Assembly (NCBI GenBank): GCA_021294815.2
Contig: CP095464.1
Coordinates: 180,001-212,000 of the forward strand
Direction: 5' to 3'
DNA length: 32,000 nt
Origin: Verrucomicrobiota bacterium
Lineage (GTDB): Bacteria; Verrucomicrobiota; Verrucomicrobiia; Opitutales; LL51
The notes beneath the pieces are model-generated. The model saw nothing but the letters and a program-made list of their open reading frames with translations, did no database searches and was not told the DNA's origin. Below are positions 24,416 through 32,000 of the stretch, in pieces. The position numbers were made by a program, and so were the translations under genes. How positions within the stretch are numbered: position 1 is the first letter of the stretch; each line of letters begins with the position of its first letter.

Positions 24416-26440
24416 ATGGCTACGCCTAGTCCGAAAAAAAACAACAGCCCCCTGCGATCACTCCTCATTTGGGGCATCGTTATTCTCGCGATGTGCCTGT
24501 TGTGGGACAATTACCAGTTTGCGATCTCGCGGCACCAAGAGTGGACCGTTGCTCAGGTTATCGAAGCATCGCGTGATGGTCGCATAACGGAAGGATACAT
24601 CAAGTCAGACCCATCAAAAGGCGAAAAGTGGCATGTGATTTACGGCAAGGCGCGTTTGACGCAACCCGTTATCACTCTCGATGGAACCCCTCGCGACCAC
24701 GTTAACTTTATCGCAGAAGGCAAGTTGACAAGCCAGCGCTTTGAGGATCTCATCCAATCGTCACCGGTATGGAAAGAAGTCGCTAATCATAACTTTTGGA
24801 CCTCCGTTTTTGTCAGCGTTTTACCACTATTGCTCCTTATTTTCTTCGCTTATTTCTTTATCTTTCGGCAAATCAAGAACGCGAACCGTACGACCATGAT
24901 GTTTTGGAAAAGTAAGGCCAAAATGGTCAAAAAGGAGGAACTGAAAAAGACATTTAAGGACTTTGCGGGTTATGAGGAGGCGAAGGAGGAAGTTTCCGAG
25001 ATTGTCGAATTTTTAAAAAATCCCCAAAAGTTTCGCGATATTGGCGCTAAAGTTCCGAAAGGCTGTCTACTGGTAGGGCCCCCAGGAACCGGAAAAACGC
25101 TCCTCGTAAAGGCGATTGCGGGTGAGGCCAATGTCCCCTTTTTTAACACAAGCGGCTCGGATTTTGTCGAAATGTTTGTTGGCCTGGGAGCAGCACGTGT
25201 CCGCGATACTTTTGATCAAGCTCGAGCAAATGCTCCATGCTTGATTTTTATCGACGAAATCGATGCCGTTGGACGTAGTCGTGGCGCTGGGATCGGCGGT
25301 GGTAACGACGAGCGCGAACAAACCTTAAACTCGCTATTGGTCGAAATGGACGGGTTTAGCGAAAATAGCGGCGTGATTGTTATCGCGGCAACAAATCGTC
25401 CCGATGTTTTAGATAGTGCCCTCCTCCGCCCGGGTCGCTTTGATCGCCGCGTCACCATTGATATGCCGGATCTCAACGGCCGACTTGAAATTCTCAAAGT
25501 GCACGCAGAACGTTTTAAACTCAAACCCAATGTCAGTTTAAAGGAAATCGCTCGACATACTGCGGGATTCGCTGGCGCGGATCTCGAAAATCTCCTCAAC
25601 GAAGCCGCCCTACTTGCAGCCCGCTTTAACCATAAGGCTGTCGATCGGCGCGAAATTGACGAAGCTTTTGATAAAGTCGCCTTCGGCCGTGAACGCCGTA
25701 AGCTCATGGACGCGAAGGAGAAAAAGGTAACAGCGGTCCACGAGTCCGGCCATGCGATCGTTCAGGCACTCATCGACGAGGGCAATATGCCAGTCCACAA
25801 GGTGACAATTCTCCCGCGAGGTCAAAGTCTCGGCAGTACCATGATGCTTCCGAAAAAAGATATTCTCAACCACACGAAAACCGAACTTCTCAACGAGATT
25901 TGTTGCTGTATGGGCGGCCGCGTTGCCGAAGAAATCGAGTTCAATGAGCTTACAACTGGTGCGGTTGCCGATATCAAGACGGCGACTCAGACGGCCCGCC
26001 GTATGGTTTGCGATCTTGGAATGAGTGACCTCGGCGCGATTGCATATGGTGAAAACCAAGACCATGTATTTCTTGGCAAAGAAATTGCCCGGAATCGAAA
26101 TTATAGCGAGCTCACAGCGCAAAAGATCGACCACGAGATGAACCGCATTCTCCAAGAACAGTACGCGCGCGCTAAAGCAATTTTGACGGAACATTATCCA
26201 CTCATCCAACAACTCGCCGACGCATTATTGAAGTACGAGACCATCGAAGGTCGCCATGTTTATGAGCTGGTAAAATACGGCAAATTCCGTTCCAAACTTT
26301 CCTCTGCGCGATACCGGAATCCCCCGAAAAAGAAGATAACAACCGCTGCAGATCCTGAAAATAAACCGGAATCACCTGCTCCTGAATCGAAATCCGACAA
26401 CAAAAATTCATCGAAAAATATGGACGAGAATAACGGCTAG
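24416..26440 (+). CDS. ftsH: ATP-dependent zinc metalloprotease FtsH
   Basis: Two N-terminal TM segments, then the AAA+ Walker A GPPGTGKT, Walker [10 protein letters not shown], the SRH region [20 protein letters not shown] and the zinc motif HESGHA. Confidence 0.95.
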   Translation: MATPSPKKNNSPLRSLLIWGIVILAMCLLWDNYQFAISRHQEWTVAQVIEASRDGRITEGYIKSDPSKGEKWHVIYGKARLTQPVITLDGTPRDHVNFIAEGKLTSQRFEDLIQSSPVWKEVANHNFWTSVFVSVLPLLLLIFFAYFFIFRQIKNANRTTMMFWKSKAKMVKKEELKKTFKDFAGYEEAKEEVSEIVEFLKNPQKFRDIGAKVPKGCLLVGPPGTGKTLLVKAIAGEANVPFFNTSGSDFVEMFVGLGAARVRDTFDQARANAPCLIFIDEIDAVGRSRGAGIGGGNDEREQTLNSLLVEMDGFSENSGVIVIAATNRPDVLDSALLRPGRFDRRVTIDMPDLNGRLEILKVHAERFKLKPNVSLKEIARHTAGFAGADLENLLNEAALLAARFNHKAVDRREIDEAFDKVAFGRERRKLMDAKEKKVTAVHESGHAIVQALIDEGNMPVHKVTILPRGQSLGSTMMLPKKDILNHTKTELLNEICCCMGGRVAEEIEFNELTTGAVADIKTATQTARRMVCDLGMSDLGAIAYGENQDHVFLGKEIARNRNYSELTAQKIDHEMNRILQEQYARAKAILTEHYPLIQQLADALLKYETIEGRHVYELVKYGKFRSKLSSARYRNPPKKKITTAADPENKPESPAPESKSDNKNSSKNMDENNG

Positions 26441-26502
26441 AGCTGAAGGATTCCAGTAAAAATATGTAGACAATTCGTGGATGTTTTTCATAAAAGGGCA
26501 CC

Positions 26503-27246
26503 GTGGAGCCGTCGCAAACAGACATCGGGGCCGTGAGCCTGTTCGTTCAAGTCATTGTGTACATGTACATCATGCTCTATCCACCGATTGCCGCAGTAAT
26601 TCTCCTCGGCATGTCCAAGAGCAATACGGTTGGCGAGCGTTTGGCTGCTGCTCGAAAAGTGTGTTGCATCGCGGGTTTGCTACTGTTTACATTCGCTTTC
26701 TTCGGGAACCTGATTCTCGATTCGATTTTTCACATTTCAACGGAGGCATTTCAGGTCGCGGGCGGATTGTTGTTGTTAACAAGCGGTCTCTCGATGTTGC
26801 TTTCTAAACCGGCTGATACAGAGACGGAAGAAGCGGCGCCGGCGGGCAAGTTAGAAGCATGTATCGTCACACCCCTGGCAACACCGCTGTTAGTCGGGCC
26901 CGGTACCATCGCTGCGACGATCGTTAAAATCGCGAATCTTCCCGAAGGTTTGAGTTGTCGGTTGACATTTTACTTAGCACTAGCGACAACATTGGTCTTG
27001 GTTTACCTTACGTTTTATTTTGCCTGCAAATTTTCAAAATACCTCACGCCGGCGCTTTTGGGCGGATTTGAAAAAATTGCGGGTTTTATCGTTGCATCGC
27101 TTGCCGCCAGCCTTCTCTTAGCCGGTGCATCGGGATTTTATAAATCCCTATCTACCAAAGTCCATGAACAAAATACCAGTGACCTCTACGGAGAATCGGT
27201 TGTTCAGATGGTTTTAATAGAATCTGATAACGCGCATTTAGGTTAA
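26503..27246 (+). CDS. MarC-family (UPF0056) integral membrane protein
   Basis: Polytopic protein with FQVAGGLLLL and PLATPLLVGPGTIAATI, the MarC-family signatures as I recall them. GTG start. Confidence 0.75.
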   Translation: MEPSQTDIGAVSLFVQVIVYMYIMLYPPIAAVILLGMSKSNTVGERLAAARKVCCIAGLLLFTFAFFGNLILDSIFHISTEAFQVAGGLLLLTSGLSMLLSKPADTETEEAAPAGKLEACIVTPLATPLLVGPGTIAATIVKIANLPEGLSCRLTFYLALATTLVLVYLTFYFACKFSKYLTPALLGGFEKIAGFIVASLAASLLLAGASGFYKSLSTKVHEQNTSDLYGESVVQMVLIESDNAHLG

Positions 27247-27291
27247 TGTTAATTCATCCAGACGCTCTTTCTTCTGCCGACTTGTTCACAT

Positions 27292-27319
27292 TTGACGAAC
27301 GGGGAATTTTTACTAGAAA
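27292..27319 (+). promoter_or_regulatory. candidate sigma70-type promoter for the secretin gene
   Basis: TTGACG (27292..27297), a 16-nt spacer, then TAGAAA (27314..27319), shortly upstream of the ATG at 27335. Hexamer match only. Confidence 0.25.
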
Positions 27320-29356
27320 GTGCCCCTACTGGGGATGGGAAGGCGTAGGTTTGGAAGATGCTTGATCTTGTGTTGTATTCTCGGGCATATCGGTCCGTGT
27401 TGCGCACATAGAAACCGCGAAAAATATGGCCACTCAGGTACGCCTACAATAAGAAAAGCGAACACGGAAAATGTAGAGCTGTCGGTGCCCGACGATGTCG
27501 ATGCACAGCTGCTAAAAGCCCGAAGTCTACTGATTGCGAAAAAATTCGATGGGGCAAAGCAGACAATCGAAGAAGTCTTGAAAACCGATCCGGTCAACGA
27601 AAAAGCCCACGTTATCGCCGAATATATCCAGAAACACACAGAACAATCCCCCACTTCGCGTCGTCAAATCCGGGTCCAACTCCTCGATGATGTGGAACAT
27701 TCATGGCAGCGCTCGCCAAATACCCCGCCCCTGCCAACGCTTTCTGAAGAGAAACCCATCCTCGAAGAAAGCAGCCTACTTCAACGGCTCAACGAAATTG
27801 TCATTCCGACCATCGCCTTTCACAACACGCCCCTCACGCAGACCATCAATGCGCTCATTGGTTTATCTGAGCAATACGATCCCCAAAAACGTGGGATAAA
27901 TATGCTCGTCGTCCTCGCACCAGGCATACCGGAACCAACGCTCACCTTGAGTTTGAAAAATATGTCGCTGGATAAGATTTTAAATTTTATCGCTAAGGCG
28001 AGCGCGTACCAGTACGACGTCGAAGATGATGTGATCGTTTTTCGAAAAACTGAAAACGCGGTTACCGAACACCTCCAAACGCATTTTTTTAAAATCTCAC
28101 GCGCTGCTGTCGTCCGTATGACAGGCCTCGCGACAGGAGACCCTATCAACCAACCTTCTGTTGCCCAAGAAGAGCAACTTATTAAGGCGTTTTTTCAGAA
28201 GGCCGGTGTTCACTTTAGTGCGGGCACCAACCTTGCCTTCGACGGTGCGCAACTCATTATAACACAGACACCGCGCAACATCAAACATGTTCGCGATATT
28301 TTGGCCAAGTATGCGGAGACGAAACAGGTTGAGATCGAAGCGAAATTTATCGAGGTTCAGCAGGGCGTTCTGGATGAGCTCCAATTTGGCTGGAATTTTT
28401 CCAATAACACGCCCCTCAATAAACACCTCCAATCCATTTCCTTATCGACCTCCTCTAACAATCAAAATAACAACTTACGGACACTCAACGAGGCTTTTAA
28501 CGTTAAAAGCGCATCGAGTAGCGAAGGGAAAATTGTCATTGGCAACACCTCCAATGCGGGCGGAAATGCACAAGAATTGACATTTGCCAACCCCATTCCG
28601 TCGCTTCCCGGCGGTGCGAATCTTGGGGTTATGGCCTCGGATTTTGCCAAAATTACCGGTGTTATCAGTGGGAAACTCGACCTCGCCCTCACGCTACGGG
28701 CACTCGAACAACATTCGGGAACCGATTTGATGAGCGCCCCTAAGGTCACCGTGCTTTCCGGACGAACGGCAAAAATTACCGTCGCGAAAGAATTTATTTA
28801 TCCCAAAACCTACGGTGCGATCTCTTCGGAAGTCGGGACAGGAGACCACGACTCCGCCGGAGTAACTATTACAGCGGGAACGCCTAGTGACTTCGAAACG
28901 CGTAACATCGGCGTCGAAATGACCGTAACACCCATTATCGAAGAGAACGGTTGTATTAGCATGCGATTGGAACCGCGCGTCACGGAACTCGAAGGGTTTA
29001 TCGAGTACGGTGGTCGCAGTGTGGCGATCCAAGGGAACACATCAGTCGATGTTCCACCGGGATTCTTCCAGCCGATTTTTTCGACCCGTCAGATCCAAAC
29101 TGAGGTCACGATTTTCGACGGCGCAACAGTCGTAATGGGCGGGCTTACGCGCGAAGAGGTCAAAGAGGTCCACGATAAAGTACCCATCCTGGGCGATATT
29201 CCGCTACTTGGGAAACTATTTCGCTCTAAAGGCGAGACTAGTCAAAAGAAGAATCTCTTGATTTTTGTGACAGCCAATATTCTCACACCAAGTGGCGCAC
29301 CGATACGGCAACAGACTCAACTGACTTCTGAAACTTCTAACGATCACGATAATTGA
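27320..29356 (+). CDS. secretin (type II/III secretion system / PilQ-GspD family outer-membrane channel)
   Basis: C-terminal secretin signature DKVPILGDIPLLGKLFRSKGETSQKKNLLIFVTANIL, preceded by SAPKVTVLSGRTAKI. N-domain-like modules are present (EIEAKFIEV...). An N-terminal helical TPR-like segment is followed by a small domain (IPTIAFHNTPLTQTINAL...INMLV). The likely start is the ATG at 27335. Confidence 0.85.
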   Translation: MPLLGMGRRRFGRCLILCCILGHIGPCCAHRNREKYGHSGTPTIRKANTENVELSVPDDVDAQLLKARSLLIAKKFDGAKQTIEEVLKTDPVNEKAHVIAEYIQKHTEQSPTSRRQIRVQLLDDVEHSWQRSPNTPPLPTLSEEKPILEESSLLQRLNEIVIPTIAFHNTPLTQTINALIGLSEQYDPQKRGINMLVVLAPGIPEPTLTLSLKNMSLDKILNFIAKASAYQYDVEDDVIVFRKTENAVTEHLQTHFFKISRAAVVRMTGLATGDPINQPSVAQEEQLIKAFFQKAGVHFSAGTNLAFDGAQLIITQTPRNIKHVRDILAKYAETKQVEIEAKFIEVQQGVLDELQFGWNFSNNTPLNKHLQSISLSTSSNNQNNNLRTLNEAFNVKSASSSEGKIVIGNTSNAGGNAQELTFANPIPSLPGGANLGVMASDFAKITGVISGKLDLALTLRALEQHSGTDLMSAPKVTVLSGRTAKITVAKEFIYPKTYGAISSEVGTGDHDSAGVTITAGTPSDFETRNIGVEMTVTPIIEENGCISMRLEPRVTELEGFIEYGGRSVAIQGNTSVDVPPGFFQPIFSTRQIQTEVTIFDGATVVMGGLTREEVKEVHDKVPILGDIPLLGKLFRSKGETSQKKNLLIFVTANILTPSGAPIRQQTQLTSETSNDHDN

Positions 29357-31335
29357 CCTAAAAACTCATCCTCAGACCAAACCGGAATTCCTTGTTCTTG
29401 CGCCCACAATAATTTTTGACCGGCATCTTCACCGGCAATCACGACATCTACTCTCTTCGACGCCGTTTGCGTAACTGTGCCACCTCTCTGTATGATCGCA
29501 GCCTGCGCTTCATTCCGCGAAAAGCGAAACAATTTACCGGTTAATAAAAACACTTTTTGGGAAAATGCTGGGTGATTTTGTACTTCCTGCTGCTGAAACC
29601 GGAATGGAATCGCACACATCGCGTGGATAAATTCCGACGATTCTTTGAAAAAGGTCACAATACTCTGTGCGATTTTTGTTCCGACCCCATCGACAGCACT
29701 GAGATCTTCCTCCGAAGCCGCCAAAAAAGCGTCTTGAGAAGCGAAATGTTGCGCCAAATCGTGGGCCGTCTTAGCTCCGACAAGCGGAATTTCGAGCGCA
29801 TTAATCCAGCGATCCAACGTCGTGTGATAACTCTTTTCGATACTCAATAAAAGCCGATTCGCTGACTTTTCTCCAAAATTCGCTAAATGCAACAAATCCT
29901 GTTTTTGTAGCCGATAAAGGTCGCTGCCCTCGCGTATTTTTCCTTGTTCGACAAGTTGCCGTACGATGGATTCGCCAAAGCCCTCGATATCGAGTACCGG
30001 CTTAGATGTGAAGTAAACAATGCGTTGAATAATCTGTTCCCGGCAGTGATTTTTATTGGGACAGCGCCACATCACCTCACCCTCGTCGCGCACTAACTCG
30101 GTACCGCAACAAGGACAATGTTGTGGGAAATGAAAAGGTAACACTCCCTCTGGACGACGCTCTTTGACGACCGCGACAATTGCAGGAATGATCTCCCCCG
30201 ATTTTTCGATACGCACGACATCGCCTTCACGGATATCTTTGGCGGCAATCTCATCGGCATTATGCAGCGTCGCCCTCGCGATGGTCGATCCCGCGAGTTG
30301 GACAGGAACAAGCTCGGCAACAGGTGCAATCACTCCCGTCCTTCCAATTTGTAGCGTAATTTTTTTTAGAACGGTCTCCGCGCACTCAGGCTCAAACTTG
30401 TATGCAAACGCCCAGCGGGGCGCCTTCGCCGTATGCCCTAACACCGCCTGTTGTGCAACCTCGTCCACCTTGAAGACGACGCCATCGGTGTGGTACGGGA
30501 ACTGCTGACATTCATGGTGAAGCTGCTCTATGACGCTTTCAAGCGCATTTAAATCCGATAAAAGGTGATAGGCATCCTGCGATGCGAAGCCTTGTTGTTT
30601 AAAAAAAGCATACATCTCGTGCTGGCGTGTAAAAAAATTTCCCGCACCGATGCCGTAGGTTAACAAACGAAGCGGGCGCGACCGAACGACCTCGCTGTCC
30701 ATCAATTTTAACGTCCCTGATGCCAAATTACGCGCATTAGCAAACATCTCCTGCCCCGCTTCTCGCCGCGCCTGGTTAATCTGCTGAAAAACCGATTCTT
30801 CAATATAGACCTCTCCACGGACTTCTAGTAATTCCGGGACATCGTGTAATGTCAACGGCAGCTCCTCGATTGTTTTGACATTGTCCGTCACGTCATCGCC
30901 CTCAATGCCATTACCGCGTGTCAAAGCATATGCCAAAGTCCCATGCTCGTACACTAAATTGACTGCAAGGCCATCGATTTTGGGTTCCGCCACATACGTA
31001 ACTTTTTCGACGCCGAGATTTTTACAAATTCGCGCATCAAATTCTCGAACTTCGTCGAGATTATAGGTATTTTCGAGACTTAACAGAGGTACCGTATGTT
31101 TTCGCGTCAGACGTATCCCGCTGCGGTCATCGCCGACGCCGATCTGCTCTAGTTCCGGAATTAACCGCTGTTCGATGTGCCGTAACTCATTTTTCAGGCA
31201 GTCGTACTCGAAATCCGAAATCTCCGGCTTTGATTCCTTGTAGTAGAGGCGGTCGTGGCGCTCAATCGCCGTCCGGAGTTGCTCCCACTGCTTCTGGAGC
31301 TTGCGCTTTTCTTTAGGCGTCATCTCACGCCCCAA
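29344..31335 (-). CDS. ligA: NAD-dependent DNA ligase LigA
   Basis: Adenylation motif KIDGLAV, the four-Cys zinc finger (CPCCGTELV...WRCPNKNHC), an HhH region and a C-terminal BRCT (FLLTGKL...RNEAQAAI...GG). 663 aa. Confidence 0.95.
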   Translation of the reverse strand: MGREMTPKEKRKLQKQWEQLRTAIERHDRLYYKESKPEISDFEYDCLKNELRHIEQRLIPELEQIGVGDDRSGIRLTRKHTVPLLSLENTYNLDEVREFDARICKNLGVEKVTYVAEPKIDGLAVNLVYEHGTLAYALTRGNGIEGDDVTDNVKTIEELPLTLHDVPELLEVRGEVYIEESVFQQINQARREAGQEMFANARNLASGTLKLMDSEVVRSRPLRLLTYGIGAGNFFTRQHEMYAFFKQQGFASQDAYHLLSDLNALESVIEQLHHECQQFPYHTDGVVFKVDEVAQQAVLGHTAKAPRWAFAYKFEPECAETVLKKITLQIGRTGVIAPVAELVPVQLAGSTIARATLHNADEIAAKDIREGDVVRIEKSGEIIPAIVAVVKERRPEGVLPFHFPQHCPCCGTELVRDEGEVMWRCPNKNHCREQIIQRIVYFTSKPVLDIEGFGESIVRQLVEQGKIREGSDLYRLQKQDLLHLANFGEKSANRLLLSIEKSYHTTLDRWINALEIPLVGAKTAHDLAQHFASQDAFLAASEEDLSAVDGVGTKIAQSIVTFFKESSEFIHAMCAIPFRFQQQEVQNHPAFSQKVFLLTGKLFRFSRNEAQAAIIQRGGTVTQTASKRVDVVIAGEDAGQKLLWAQEQGIPVWSEDEFLGQLS

Positions 31336-32000
31336 GTAACTTTCCTGGCACCAGATAGTTCAAAACATAGTCTTGGACTGCTTCTGCGAGCGGTGTCGTT
31401 GGTGTCGTATAACCAATATTACGTAGTTTTTGAATATTACCGCAGGTGTAGTACTGGTACTTCGCGCGGAGTGACTCCGGCATATCAATATATTCGATTT
31501 TAGGCGGTAAGTTCAAAGCGCTAAAAATTGGCGACACCAAATCAACCCACGTGTGTGCAACACCGGAACCGAGGTTATAAATACCGGCGGTGGGCTCGCC
31601 GTCGACAAATTCTGGAACATCGCCGAGAAAAATCGTCATCGCGACCGCATCTTTCACATACAAAAAATCGCGTTGTTGTCGGCCGTCGAGATAATCCGGA
31701 TGATAACTCTTAAACAACTTTACACTACCAGTCGCTTGGATCTGATGGAATCCACGACGAACCATACTTTCCATCGGACCCTTATGATCTTCATTGGGGC
31801 CAAAAACATTAAAATACTTCATGCCATAAATCGGCAACGCACGACGCCAGGCATAGATATCAAAAAGCTGCTTGGAGTAACCGTACGCGTTGAGTGGGCG
31901 CAACTGGTCGATGCAAAGCTCATTGTCATCCATTCCGTCTTGACCGTCACCATAAGTCGCGGCAGAGGATGCATAGACGAAACGGATCCGGCGTGAAACA
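31325..32000 (-). CDS. hldD: ADP-L-glycero-D-manno-heptose-6-epimerase HldD (RfaD), C-terminal two-thirds; the gene runs off the right edge
   Basis: The frame stays open upstream of the ORF-track Met: RFVYASSAATYGDGQDGMDD... It is collinear with E. coli HldD as I remember it (YASSAATYG, NAYGYSKQLFD, YFNVFGPNEDHKG, QRDFLYVKD, GIYNLGSG). Its stop overlaps the ligA start by 11 nt. Confidence 0.9.
   Translation of the reverse strand, partial: VSRRIRFVYASSAATYGDGQDGMDDNELCIDQLRPLNAYGYSKQLFDIYAWRRALPIYGMKYFNVFGPNEDHKGPMESMVRRGFHQIQATGSVKLFKSYHPDYLDGRQQRDFLYVKDAVAMTIFLGDVPEFVDGEPTAGIYNLGSGVAHTWVDLVSPIFSALNLPPKIEYIDMPESLRAKYQYYTCGNIQKLRNIGYTTPTTPLAEAVQDYVLNYLVPGKLLGA

Noticed and set aside
25216-26212. 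Two long antisense ORFs (163 aa and 200 aa) on the minus strand inside ftsH
   Set aside because: They lie entirely within the unambiguous FtsH coding region. Their Arg/Ser/Ala-rich, low-complexity translations are typical of the reverse frame of a real gene, and they have no start context or motif.
27313-27654. 113-aa minus-strand ORF opposite the secretin 5' region
   Set aside because: It overlaps the secretin N-terminus, which continues in frame into clear secretin domains. It has no motif and would lack a promoter or its own space.

Overview
This 32-kb window looks like ordinary chromosome from a compact diderm (LPS-making) bacterium. All functional calls rest on motif recognition by eye, because no homology search was possible. 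I call 26 protein-coding genes (two truncated by the window edges) and 6 tRNA genes.

Left to right:
- a Na+/H+-antiporter-family gene fragment and tadA
- two uncharacterised exported proteins flanking tRNA-Leu(UAA)
- a divergent DXS-family gene bracketed by two tRNA-Pro genes
- tRNA-Leu(GAG) and a CAU-anticodon tRNA
- an M50 protease and a GH13 pullulanase-type enzyme
- an lptC-like/lptA-like/lptB cluster followed by a tandem-domain KdsC-like phosphatase
- a rhomboid protease, an FtsB/DivIC-like protein, a large M16 peptidase, alr and tRNA-His
- two distantly paralogous exported HAD-like proteins
- an FAD oxidoreductase tightly followed by trkH
- tilS-ftsH, a MarC-family protein, a stand-alone secretin, ligA and hldD (truncated)

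Genes are tightly packed. Three convergent pairs overlap at their 3' ends, and the start codons I checked lack Shine-Dalgarno sequences.

I see no CRISPR array, transposase, integrase, phage gene, toxin-antitoxin pair or recognisable defence system, and I cannot honestly nominate a new multi-gene system here.

The most unusual signal is a well-formed tRNA-Pro whose anticodon reads AGG (A34). In bacteria, A34 is normally confined to tRNA-Arg(ACG), the TadA substrate. Secondary curiosities:
- the divergent short-type DXS-like enzyme between the tRNA-Pro paralogs
- a KdsC-KdsC tandem fusion with a degenerate N-terminal half
- the exported HAD-like paralog pair (one with an intact DxDxT motif, one degenerate)
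- the orphan secretin
- an isolated strong SD plus out-of-frame 33-codon uORF
- two palindromic or inverted-repeat elements in divergent promoter regions
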